Assembly: GCA_030704615.1 (NCBI GenBank)
Contig: CM060732.1
Coordinates: forward strand, 3,038,001 to 3,102,000
Direction of reading: 5' to 3'
From: Takakia lepidozioides
Taxonomy: Eukaryota > Plantae > Bryophyta
Length of the DNA: 64,000 bases
Shown: piece after piece, positions 12,301 to 24,425 of the stretch
Numbering within the stretch: the stretch's first letter is position 1
Layout: each line of letters starts with the position of its first letter
Made by a program: the position numbers and the translations under genes
The notes under the pieces: model-generated
Database searches by the model: none
What the model was told of the DNA's origin: nothing
Seen by the model: the letters and a program-made list of their open reading frames with translations, nothing else

Positions 12301-13771
12301 TGTCAGGAATATTATTCAAGGTCAACCACAGAGAAAGCCAAAAAGCCCCGGGATCTGGCAGAGGTCTATCACTGCGGCATTCATGAGGGTTTGATGACAT
12401 CCAGATTGGTGATGAGCACGTGGGGTGGGTGTGGGGCAGCCAATGATGGGGCATTGACCAGTGATTTGGCCCCACTCGCATGTCCTTTTTGCAAAAGTGC
12501 ACATCGCCAGATATGCACGGTGAATCTTGGATGCACAATTTCAGTTGAAGTTTCTAACTTACTTAGACGGATAAGAATTTCTAAGACCCACAATCAGAAA
12601 AGCTTAGATCATTGATGATTGGCTACACCACCGCTTTGTCAAATGCTGGACTGGCATTAGGCGATGTGGGCCAAATGTTTGATGTGCAAACTCTGCCATC
12701 AAGATGGTAGATGCACCTGAGTGCTAATCGGGCGATGTGCAGGGCCCAACATTTTTAAGGTCTTGCTGTTTTATCACTTTGGTGGTGTCTCCGCCCCATG
12801 CAGCGATCCGTTTCTGCGTACCAGGTACTTTTAGAATGTAATTGTCTAGACAGGGCAATGATCTCCATGACCGTGTGCAAAACCATGAAGGAGGTCAGAA
12901 AGGAAACATGTTGAAGTTGCTCAATAGTTCAACCCATCCAACAGTTCAGAAAGTTTGCCGATTTATCTCTTAGGACGTCACTGGTGTTCACGCTTCCTGC
13001 AGAAGCGGAGACTGACTTCGGCTGGAGTCAGGTCAGTAAATGTATGGGTGATTTCAAGACTGTATGAACTTCAAAGTTTGAGCTCGTTACTGCATGGGGA
13101 GCGTCGGATTCTTGAATATCCCAACCGACGGGTGCTGAAGGAAGGTGGATCTCCACCCAGAAAGGAAAGGAAAGCTCTAAACAAGCAGTTCATCCCCATA
13201 TTGAAGTTTGTGTCATCTGGCAGAAGCTCGAAACGACCTGGAAAGGTTCCAATAAGGTGGCGGATGTCCAAGGTGGACTTGTGGGAGTGACGGGTGCCGC
13301 AACCACTAGGCAGGACCACAAGGAACAAGCACACTGTAATCCACTATCATCTTAATGTGCCGCCACACATCAATTGTGCTTACTGCCATGCATATTGTGT
13401 CGAGCACATGCCTGGTGGGGTTCCGGGGAAGAAGCTAGACTCCGTCTCGGGAGCCGTCCATGGTGTCAGAACGACTCCAAGTAGCTGGCACGGTTTTCGA
13501 GTCGATCACTGTGGTAAGATCACACTAACATCTGTCACAAATCAAACCCGATCCAGGTGCCGCACTTCAGCCGAACTCGCAGCACCGAGATCTGACCTAA
13601 TCTCTTGACTAAATTAGATTCAGCCGACATTTGAGAGGTGATCAATACTGCGCTCGGAGGATTGTTTCGAGGGTACATTTGAGTTAAGACCGCTGATGAG
13701 AAATCGCCATCGATTTAGTTGAATTACTTGAGAGAGACATTAGTGTGCACAATTGATGTTCGTGTTCACCG

Positions 13772-15343
13772 ATGTCTTCTTGTCCTTTCCCTTTGGAGGA
13801 GTGCGCCTCGACTCCAGTCTCCTATAGGCCTTCCGAGACCAGCATTATTCATCAACAAAACACAAGTGCTAAGCTAGGACTCACACCTTGCACTCACAAG
13901 CACGAGAACCGTCTCTCTCCACTTCTTACAGGCTTGCCAGATGATGATCTATCTCCTCTTCTCCCAGGCTTGCCAGACGATGTTGCGGTAATGTGCCTTG
14001 TCAGGCTCCCACGCACACGCCTCCTTCCTCTAAGAACCGTGTCGAAGTCATGGAGGCAGGCTCTGGAAGATCCATCCTTTTATGATAAGAGGGTAAGTCT
14101 TGGTCGCACTCAAGAAGAGTGGTTGTACGTGGAGAGCTGGAATTCTGTCACTAACAAGGTGTCATGGTTTGGGTTCGATACGGTGGCGGCCAAATGGCTT
14201 GCCCTCCCTCCAGTCCCGATGAGGGACCATTCTTCGTACATTTTTGGAAGGGGGTCTGCAGTTTTCAAGGGTCGTTTGTATGTGGTTGGGGGTAAGCTCG
14301 GACCAGCTGGACCCACGCTGGATGATCTACTATTCTTTTCTCCTCTTTCAAATCAATGGAGCCAAGGGAAAGCCATGATCACTAGTCGACATAGCCCCTT
14401 GGTCTATGTGATAGGGAAGAAACTGTACGTGTTGGGTGGATTCGATGACTCCAATCAAGCCGTGGATTCTTACGAGTGTTATGATTTCCAAGAGAATGAG
14501 TGGACAAGCGTGAAAAGCAATGGGCATCCCAAGCTTCCAGCCCCAACATGTTATCGTAAGGGTTGGCAACCGCATTGGCAGTGCCTCAGTCTGGACTATT
14601 CCAGGTTTTATTGTTCGTACAAAGAGGAAGACTCCCGGGGGATTGTGAAGATGTACGATCCTGTAAGTGGCAATTGGCAAGTCCGAAAGCCGAAGCTGAA
14701 AGCGTTGTTGAGGTACATGTTAGTTATCTTCATATTAAGTGTGCAAACTTCTCCTGTATTGATCGAGGAGGTTTACGTTGTTGAGGTCCAATGCAAGATA
14801 CTAGAATTTGTCCCCTCACACTCACTTAATCTTTTCATTGTGCTATTCTCAGGGGCAGCAAGAGTCTGGGTTGTTGGATTGATGTCAATGTTGGGCTTTG
14901 GAGCTTGGCTGTAATGCATAGAAAGCAGTGGACAGTCACTCAAATGTATGTCATAGACATTTATGGCATATACGAATGTTATGTTTATACATGTGCATTG
15001 TTGTTTCTGAAGGTATGGCCTAAGCACGGTGGTGGGGGGGAAGATCTACACTATTGATTGGGCGTCTGGGAGAGTGAGGGTAGGCGATGCAACTGGCATG
15101 GGATGGATCCATGTGAAAGGGCTATCATTACATGACCTTCCATGGGTGTCAATCTGGAGAGCCAACCCACAACTCACAGGCTTTCGAGGAAAGCTTTGTG
15201 TGATCAAACGCGGCTTGCAAATGTTGGTCATAGATCTCAACAAGGAAGATAATGGGAATGAGGGGTCACGTCAGTGGGATGTGCCTGTTGGGCCTGGGGT
15301 GGAGGACGAGGAGGTGATAACTTGCCAAGTGCTGGCAATATGA
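13772..15343 (+). CDS. F-box/kelch-repeat protein (2 exons: 13772-14712 and 15013-15343; ~423 aa)
   Basis: F-box motif LLPGLPDDVAVMCLVRLP...VSKSW and kelch repeats (GRLYVVGG, GKKLYVLGG, GGKIY). The phase-2 GT-AG intron keeps the frame to the TGA at 15343. Confidence 0.93.
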
Positions 15344-16029
15344 CGTGATGGAATGCATGTTGTATATGTTGCACACCTCGGTATGTATGTTACAAATCCA
15401 CGGAAGGAATTTCATTCATTCATCTTCTTAGTAGATTTTAGCCATGTTAGTATGAGGCATTCACCCTTTGTTACCTTGCCGGTGAGGATGGTTGAAGCAC
15501 TTCCATTAAGTGACATGCAAAGAGAGAATTCATTATCACAACAGCAGTGTGCAATCTCTTAAGATTGTTTACTCTGCAATGTGCTCTGTTGATAGAGAGT
15601 CAACTGTTCACTTTGTAGTAGCACTTTCATGCTAATTTTTGGAAACCTTCACGAGTTTATGACACTCCAAACATCGTGCAATCTTGGACATGCAGCTTAC
15701 CAAAATCTGGATTGAGGATTGGAGTGCCACATTACTTCTGACTAATATATTTGCTCAAGCTCTCTCTGAGTCTAGTCTGTCAGAGATTATGCTGCAACTT
15801 GTTTGTGAAAGAAGTTTGAGAGGACAGCCATTGTTGACCTTCCCCTAACATCGTGGAGAACCCGTATTTAAAGCTCAGCTAAAACTTACTATATCCTCCA
15901 CCCACGACCAAGCAATGGTTTGAGTGTTCCTTCCTATGGCTGTCATTGACATACTAGAAGATATAATAGAGTTTCAGTACCTCACTCAAGAAGGTTTGAA
16001 CTCACGTTGTTATGATTTACTGGTAGGCA

Positions 16030-17572
16030 GACCTCAGTGGAATATGCCAGAAGAGGGAGGCACAGGGGGTGGGAGCGGAGGAGTTACTGATAAGCTGAAG
16101 GTCATTTTTGTTCGTTCGTACATGTATATGAAGAACTGTCAGATATTGCAGTCATGTGCAAACCGTTACAAGAACAATGAAAGTGATTTTGGAGGATGTG
16201 AGCGATAATGTTCAGTCTTGCACCCTCAAGGTCCTTGCAAACTGGTCTGGGTGGTGGATGGCCTCAATGTAATGGCCAATATGATCAAAGAGTACTTCTC
16301 TTCCTCTCTTCATCCACCAGCCAATGGGGATTCCATATCTACATGGTATTTCTCTGATTACAGCTTCTTCATTGGTGGGCCTAATATTTATGTATATTGT
16401 TTGTGCCATGGTAGGTGTGCTGTTATCTGTTAGCTGTGGAAGAGAGAGATGCACTGACTAGATGAGGGAGAGTCAGAAGTGGGCCTGAGAATATGCATAC
16501 CCCATAGTATGAAGTGGATGGTGTCATCTTTAACATGCCCTACTTGGCACATGTATTCCATTTTGCCTAAATGGTGGGCTTTCTCCCCATTCTTGTAGTA
16601 CCAGCACTCTACTTGAATGAAATATGTACTTTAAGTGTGCACAGAGGTTCATGTATCTACTCCAGTTTAGATGACCATCTCAGTAAGAATCGCATCTTTT
16701 ACGACATATCCTACGCAGATTGACCCCCGAACGCTAATACTGTACGTTCTGATTGGGTGGGTGTCATAGGTGTCTCACTGCCACACTACAACTGCTTTGC
16801 GGGAAATTGTATATAAACTCACACGATTCTATCAGGGTATGCATGTTTGAGCAGGTGGGTTTGGATACAAGGCACACCGGACATTGTCCGGCGGAAAGGT
16901 TGAGGATGCCATCCCAGTTCAGGCTGAGTATGGTATGTTTGACAAGGTAGCAAAGGCCTTCAATGTGGATGAAACAGCAAGGCAGAGACTCTTGACATAG
17001 CCCTCCATGAACCAAAAGACCCAGTATGTCGTCCTGTGGACTTTAGCCCAGTTCCCATTAATTCTCTTCCCTCTTCTGCCCTCTCCTTTAACCTGCCCGG
17101 TACAGTAAATAACATGAAATTTCAGGATTATGGGCACAGGGGTACTCCAATGCTCTCTCTTGGGTCTCCTTGCTGTTTCCAGTCCTCATGCAGCCCTCCA
17201 TTATACTTAGCATTCTAGGATCATTGTAAGTTCACATTTGGTCAAGCATTTGGAAGCCATTGTGTATGTGTAGCCATCGTATAGGAGTCTTTTCTACGAT
17301 ATACCAAAAACTTGTCTGAATAATAATTAGTGAATTCAATGACCACTTGGGATCATCCTCATGCTATAAGTTGCTTAGCAGGCTCTTCCCTATTATTTTT
17401 CAAGATTGCTATTTATACTCCCAAGCTGCATAAGGCTTAATACCTTCAGGAGGTGGGTAAAGAGGAGAAAGCACAAAGAAGAATCACCTGTTGCGGATCT
17501 GGGGTGCACTCTCTCCAATATACTTTGGTAGGTCCATTGGCGAGTACTACAATATGCAGCCTCGAAAGAGGG
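16030..17572 (+). other. Possible exons of an unidentified spliced gene or pseudogene
   Basis: Short AG...GT-bounded open segments, for example ~16855-16946 GFGYKAHRTLSGGKVEDAIPVQAEYGMFDK and ~17450-17571 ...WGALSPIYFGRSIGEYYNMQPRKR. No family recognised. Confidence 0.25.
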
Positions 17573-20400
17573 TAAATGTGTGCAAAGCAGTTCATACCTT
17601 CAAAGCAATGATATCCATTCCCAGTTGCAGTCTGATAGCACAATTAAATATGATGTATGCCTGGACCCTCTTTGCATTGTCATTGAAGACACATGGACAA
17701 CAATGTGTTGCAAACCGTGATTGTTAATTTCCACTTACTGTGACCAGACTCTCTGGGAAGGAAGGAAGGGAAGTTTGACATCACATGATTTAGAGCATAC
17801 AGCCCCTCCTAGTCACAAAACCCTTTTGAGTCACAGTGAGTGTTACATAACTTGACATTGGCCGAAGGATAGTGTATCATAGCGAAATTTGTGCTACTCA
17901 ATGATTGCCGAGTGGAAAGTGGATATGTCAAGGAAGTTAGGGCCACCTTCCATGTCCCGGCCCTCCCGGCCAAGTTATCCAAAGTTAGCCGACATCGGTG
18001 GAGCATGGCCGATTGGTGGCATGGATGGTTGCTTTTATGTGCATAGGGTTCGAAAGCAATCGGGCAGTAGGTTTGCCTCGGTTTGCCTCGCTGTCCAAGG
18101 CCCGGACCAATTGAGCCAAGGCCCGGACCAATTGAGCCTGTCACTTGGCAAAGGGTCGGTCCCGCTGGGTGGCGGGTCTAGCAGGGTGGTTAGCAGGTTG
18201 GAGCGAGGGATGCTGGCACCTTCATATCTTTGTGTCACCCAGTAGTTTCGGGTTCAAATCCTGCTAACCAAGGATGATGTCTCTTTCCTATTTGCCCATG
18301 GTTAATACAAAAAGGAGGTTAAAATTCTCGCTTCCTCAATTGTGAGTAGCCGCTGCCAAGGTTTCTTTGATTTTGTTTGTTGTTTACTGCGATAATAAAA
18401 TTGAACATGAACATGAACAAAGCTTGGCAGGAGCACCCTCTAGCGGGTCCGATGAGTATGAAGAGCTTGTGAGTCTGACGAGCCTGGCACAAGCAAAGAG
18501 TGTGGCGGGTCCTGGCAAGCAATGTACACAAAGATGACCTTCACAATAGGTAGAAGAGATATGGTAACCCAGTACAACAGGTCAAAAGCGATCACCGATT
18601 ATCGGCCATGAACTGTGGCAAAAATTGGCGCCAAATTCCCAGGTATTGCGCTCCCGATGTCGGCCACCGATATCTGGGCGCCGGGAAAATTAACACATTG
18701 AAGCACGGTGTCATTTTTGTCATCTAGTGCAATCTTGGCCGACCGCCAGAACATGGAAGTTGGTCCTTAGGGCTTTGAGAGATGCGCTAAGTCGGAAAAG
18801 AGTAATCAAACTTACATGTGAAGAAAATTTAGCCGACCTGTCAGCGCTTCTACAAGATCCATACATAGATCGCATCTCAAAGCAGTTCCTCACTCCAGAG
18901 TTGCCGTACCCCATGCAAGATGTTGGAGTTGTCACGTTATTTTACCACTAGTGTGAAACTGGCTAGGAAATAGCTAGCTTTTACATATTGACATTTGGGA
19001 TTGGCCCAAGTGTCAATCCAGGGATCAAGTTATGTTAGGCCCTGGAGTGGTTATCTTCACGGCAAGCGCGGTGGGCTCATCTTTCTCGAGTTAAGCCTCA
19101 CCGCGTCTAGCTATGGCGCTGCAGTATGGATTCCCCATAACATGGGGTGTATTTGGCTTGACTTTATATGAGTGATGATTTCATGTGCAAAGTTTGTGAG
19201 CTCGTGAGAGCTTGTATTCTTCTTATTTATCACTCAAGAAAGATGAGCCCGTATATGTGAGTGCCAGATACGAGTTAGTTGTAGCACTTGTGGTTTTTGC
19301 TTGAGAATGAGAGAAATCAGATTGGGATGCGGGAGCATCATCAAGTTCGTGGTTCTTAGAAGCGGAGGCGATGTTGGTTACGAGGTAGGTGGACCTTGGC
19401 ATTCGTTCTTCAGTTGCGGAGATGAAAACATCATGTTGCAGGCAATTCTTGAGCATGTCGATGGTTTCAGATTGTGCACATGAGCAAGTACAATTGGGAA
19501 TACGAGCTTCCATGGTGCGGAAGAGTAAAAGATCAAGCGAGAGGGCTGATTTGGCTTTGGGGCAAATCAGTGCACTTTTTGGAGCTAAGAGGTGCATTAG
19601 GGCCATGGAGCATGCATGAGGAGTGCAGGTACACCAAGATGAGTGCCGATATGTGCGCCTAAGGTTTCATAGCTTGGAAGAAGAGCTCTTGCATCACAAG
19701 AAGAGTGTCTTGTGGCTGGAAATATAGACCTTAGGGTTTTAGGAGCTTGGCAAAGGCTATGGAGTGCTTAGTCTTGTTTTAGAGAGCATCAAGGAGCCAA
19801 GGAACCAAGATAGGGGGCTGATACCTCTTGTGTGAAGGGGATGCATGTGTGGGGCATGCATTTAGCCCATTGAAGCTTTTATCTTCAAGCTTGGAGAGCT
19901 AGAAAGGAAGGTAAGGGGCTGATTTGCTGTTATGTGACAGTCCGGCACTTGTAGATCATGTTTTGAGTTGGGGTTTCAACTTCAAGCCTAGATAGAGCAT
20001 GGCTCTTGAAGTGGCAGGCGTAAGGGGCTGGAATAGGCTCTAAGATACATGCTATGGCCAAGGAGAGCGCATGAATGAATGCTTACAAGGGCTGGAAACC
20101 AGCAAGGCTTGGTTGTTTGCCATAGATTTTGAGTGGCGTGTTTTGGGAGCCTAAGTGAGAAAGAGGGCTTGGTTTGTGGCAAGTAGGCCTCTCATGAGGT
20201 AGAGCTACTATTGATGGTGTGTGGGGGTGGAAGAGAGCAAGAAGATAGCTCGGGTTTCTTCATAGCCACCATAGCCGTTGCAAGGAAGCTGCATGGGGTC
20301 GAAGGGATCACACCTTGAGAGTTAGTGGCAGGGCAGCCACTAACCGTCATAGCCACGACCAAGGGCCATGGGAAAGACCACGAAGGGGCACTGTGAGAGT

Positions 20401-20932
20401 TGTCGTGCACCTAAGCATCGTGCCACAACATACATCGTTGTCCACCACACAATCTAAGCACACAATCCTAGAAAGCTATACCACAATGATAATGGAAGTG
20501 AACATAATGGAAACCCTCCACTCATGAATCCACTCAATCACATAAACTAAGTCAAGCCAAGGGCACCCTTGCTAAGGGAATCCACCCTACAAAACACTCA
20601 CCACACTCCCTCTCAATACCTAGAGCTATGGAGGTGAGAGAGGCTCATGGAGGCTCAACTACAAGAAGATGAGCCTCCTTCATCCTCACAAGGGGAAAAC
20701 CTATCCCTATGTCTCAAGTGAGGCTCGACACCTCACTTGGCATGTGAGACCAAATGAAGTCCCAACACACAAAATATAAATATAAATATCTAAAATATCT
20801 TAGTTAACTAGAAGTAGGTAATTCTAGATAACCATGACTAAAACCATGACAGCTGTCGTGCACCTAAGCATCGTGCCACAACATACATCGCTGTCCACCA
20901 CACAATCTAAGCACACAATCCTAGAAAGCTAT
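20401..20932. mobile_element. Solo-LTR-like element (20401-20851) plus a partial tandem copy (20854-20932)
   Basis: Termini TGTCGTG...CATGACA form a TG...CA inverted repeat. The first ~80 bp are repeated immediately afterwards. No target-site duplication (TSD) seen. Confidence 0.55.
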
Positions 20933-20938
20933 AACACA

Positions 20939-23136
20939 ACCGCCCCCCTAGCTGGTGATTAGGTCCCTCTAACACCAGATAGCTGACAAGTATCCATCCC
21001 AATAAGATCATCGCTTGGTCATCAATCGCCCAAGTCCCAGTATCTTAAAGTCAATAGATCAAGAGGGCGGGTGCAAAAATAGCCCCATCGTTACTCGCCT
21101 TCCTGCAATCCATGGCTTCAATTGGGTGTCCATGGCATTGAACTCCCATTAGCTAGACCTTGGATCATTTGTCAACCTCGCCACTGTCATGCCCTACTAT
21201 CTTTGTCTAAGGCATCGTAGACACAACCATTCTCCACTATGAACCTCCTCAAGTGGCGGTGTCAAGCATCCCATGTGCCACCCCCTGGAGCATTTGTCAC
21301 ACACCAACATGGTCGCGGCACCACCAGCATGCCCACATAGCATGCAACGCAACCCTGTAGGTACCACTGCAAGATTGGGATCTATCATCCCATCCACATG
21401 TGGAAGGTGACATGGCGCACAATTGCGCACATGGTCCTTCCATATCATGCCATCTTGACCCTCCAGAATCAACACTCCTGAAGGCAATACCTCCCGGACC
21501 CTTAGAATCACACGACCTGCTGTGACATCCAAGGTCGTAGGCGCTGTCTGCTGCAGATACACATAGTCCCCAGGATGGAACCACCGAACACTTGGCCGAT
21601 ATCTCCCTCCACGTATAGTGACGTACCTCAATGTGTCTCGGTGTTGGGCAATAGCAAGGTTCTCAAAAGCCATAGGCATAACTCTCTTGAACAACTTTGC
21701 CCGCTGGACACATGTTTGTGTCCACACATCCGGATCATCAAGGTTGAGGACTACTGCAGTCTCCCTGCGAATAGATGTAGGCAAATCTGGCTCTCGGCCA
21801 AAGAGAAGGAAATAAGGCGAGAATGAGGCAAATGATGCTTGCTGCTAAACCTGTAGCCCATGGCCAACCAAGGTAGCTGAAGGTCCCAATCTCCCAAGTG
21901 TCCCTTCTGCAAGCCATACTTGCGCAAGCCTCGCTTGACTATTTGCACAACCCTCTCTGCCAAGCCTAGTGCGGTGATCTATAAAGGCTTACTCACACAA
22001 AGCCTGAAACTCCCCCAAGAACTCTCTCCCCTAGTCCGTGAGTACCTCGGCTGGAGCACCAAATTGGCTAAGCACTCGATCTAAGAATGCATACGCAGCC
22101 GCCTCACTTGCCTTGTCAGGCAATGCCACCAGTTCAATCAATTTGGAGAAGTGTTCCACCATCACCAGCACATACTTGTTATGGCGAATCGTTAGTGGCA
22201 ATGTCAAGACTCCAACAATAGCCCAAACCCATAATGGGTAAATGATGCAATTGTGGAGTAGGTGCATTGAAATAAGCCCGTACTCTATCACACACCATGC
22301 ACCTTGTCACTAACTGTTGCATATCCATGAGCACGCGTAACGCTCACGCCATTGCGTCGTTGCTGCATCTTCATGCACATCCTTAGCACCACCAAGCTCC
22401 TCACTGATCTCTGGATCGTCATGCACACTCTCTCTATGACCAATCACATGGGATGGACCAGCTTGAGTTCCCATTGCTAGAATGCACAAAAAGATAGATG
22501 CGTACCATCCTGGCACCATCTCCTTGTCCGTCTCACCATGCCAACAAGCTCACGTATCATCAAGCTCACTTGTGCATGGATTGCGACTCAATCCATCCGC
22601 ATCCCGGTTGACTATTCCGGCTCGATGCAACACTTGGAAGTCGTACTCTTGAAGCATAAGTGCCCACCGTGCAAGCTTCCCTGTAAGCTTGTCTGACTCC
22701 ATCAACCACTTCAATGGTTGGTGATCCGTGACAAGGGTGAAGAGATTGCCATAGAGGTAGCATCTAAAATGTGTCACTGCCCATACTGCAGCTAGACACT
22801 CCCCTTCATAGGAACTATATTTCGCCTCGGCATCATTGTTCGAGCGGCTAGCATATGCCACTACAAACTCTCTTCCCTCATCATCCACCTGTGTGAGCAC
22901 TGCTCCAATCCCCAGCATACTCCAATCCGTATGTAGCTGGAAAGGCCGCCCCCGAATAGGCCGCCTCAAAATAGGCGCAGAAGTCAATCGAGCCTTGAGT
23001 TCCTCAAAGGTTTCCTCTTGCTCCTCCTCCCACTGCCACTCTAACCCATCTTGGTCAACTTGGTAAGAGCCTTTGCAATGCTACTAAATCCCTTGACAAA
23101 CCGTCGATAGTAGTTTGCCAACCCCACGAAAGCACG
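20939..23136 (-). mobile_element. Degenerate Ty3/gypsy pol: RNase H, integrase with C-terminal PHD finger, polypurine tract
   Basis: RNase H motifs PFQLHTDWS...YASR...YSSYEGECLA...TDHQPL; integrase motifs LVMVEHFSK, FGAPAEVLTD, AERVVQ; PHD finger at ~21200-21350; G-rich polypurine tract (PPT) at ~20940-20950. Confidence 0.9.
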
Positions 23137-23139
23137 AAC

Positions 23140-23634
23140 TCTGCTTACATAGTATGCCAACTCCAGAGGAAATCTTTGATGCCATTGGGCATGCAAAGGT
23201 GTTTAGCACATTGGACTTACGATCGGGTTATCAGCAGTTGCCAATCAAAGAGGCTGACAAGCAAAAGACGGCATTCTGGGGGATTGACCAGCATGGGAAG
23301 GATTGTTTGTACCAATATTAGCGCTTCCTACCATTTGGGTTGAAGAATGCTCCTGCAAAGTTTCAGAGGGTTATGGATATGATTCTTGTAGGGCTAGACT
23401 TCACCCGGTGCTACATTGATAATATCATCATCTTTAGTGCCACGGTTGAGGAGCATGAGAGACACCTTCAAGTGGTGTTTGAGCGTTTGAGGGCGCATGG
23501 ATTGAAACTGCACCCTGGAAAGTGCAAGTTATTCCATGATCAGATTGAGTATATGGGCCACATGATATACCCTGGAGGATTGGGTGGTCAACAGACCAAA
23601 GGTGGTGGAGGCCATTGCACACATTCCACGCCCC
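23140..23634 (+). mobile_element. Ty3/gypsy reverse-transcriptase segment, inverted relative to its RNase H and integrase
   Basis: FSTLDLRSGYQQL...KTAF, PFGLKNAPAKFQR and YIDNIIIFS, with an in-frame stop. Confidence 0.9.
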
Positions 23635-23650
23635 ATATATCTATCGGACT

Positions 23651-23980
23651 TAGCGTAGCTACGGCGTGAGCCCAGCCCCGTGAGCCTGGGAGCTGAGCTC
23701 ACGCTTTCAGGGAAGCGTGAGCGGCACAAAAATATGCTGGAGAAGCAGGTCCTATAGGCGAGGATTGCAGGAAGAGGGCCTATTACCGTGGACAAAACAA
23801 AGGGGGCAACGACGCAATGGCGTGAGCGTTGCACGTGAGCGCGCGAGCGTACGCTCACGCAGGAGTGACGTGGCGTGAGCCTGCACACATGCTGACGTGG
23901 CGTGAGCGTCATGTCAGCATGCTGATGTGGCGGTAAATGATGACGTGGCACTGTCCGTCAACTGCCACGTCAGCATTAAC
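23651..23980. repeat. Left terminal/subterminal repeats of element A (GCGTGAGC and TGACGTGGC motifs)
   Basis: Many CGTGAGC copies and several G-box-like TGACGTGGC motifs in ~330 bp. Confidence 0.7.
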
Positions 23981-24425
23981 ATGCGCCGCCTATAACCGTG
24001 GATGGTCCTATGACCGTGGAATTAATGCAGGGAATCTTGCCTAAATAGAATCAAGACGAGCGTTGAGGCCTACAATTGCAGCATCCAACATTGTGCAATT
24101 ACAAATGTTTGTTTCACTTTTACAATTACGAAGACGACAAAATATCCTCACAAAGTGTGCGCCATAAAGGCTGCCACGAGAAGACTTCCTCCCTCCTCAA
24201 ATAACAATGAGAGTTATGATCATCTTCAAAAGATGATTGTAGTGCATAGCGACAGCAAGACATGTAGACTTCGAACGGTGCAATGACAAATGTGCACTAC
24301 CTAAAAGTTGTCACTCAGACCTCACTCCGTATAGTTGGAGGCCATATCATTGCACAGCCGACGAATTGATGTGAATTACACATTTCAAATCATGGTCATC
24401 CACATACCACATTACATAGTTCATG

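Noticed and set aside
11160-13600. Possible decayed coding region on the minus strand
   Set aside because: It has a coding-like composition but many stops and no motif I can recognise.
18185-18272. tRNA-like sequence (GGTTCAAATCC B-box; TGGTTAGCAGG/CCTGCTAACCA inverted repeat)
   Set aside because: I could not build a convincing D-arm or anticodon arm. At most this is a SINE or tRNA relic.
18930-20390. Probable retroelement remnants (also 50650-53400)
   Set aside because: Too degenerate to assign to a family.
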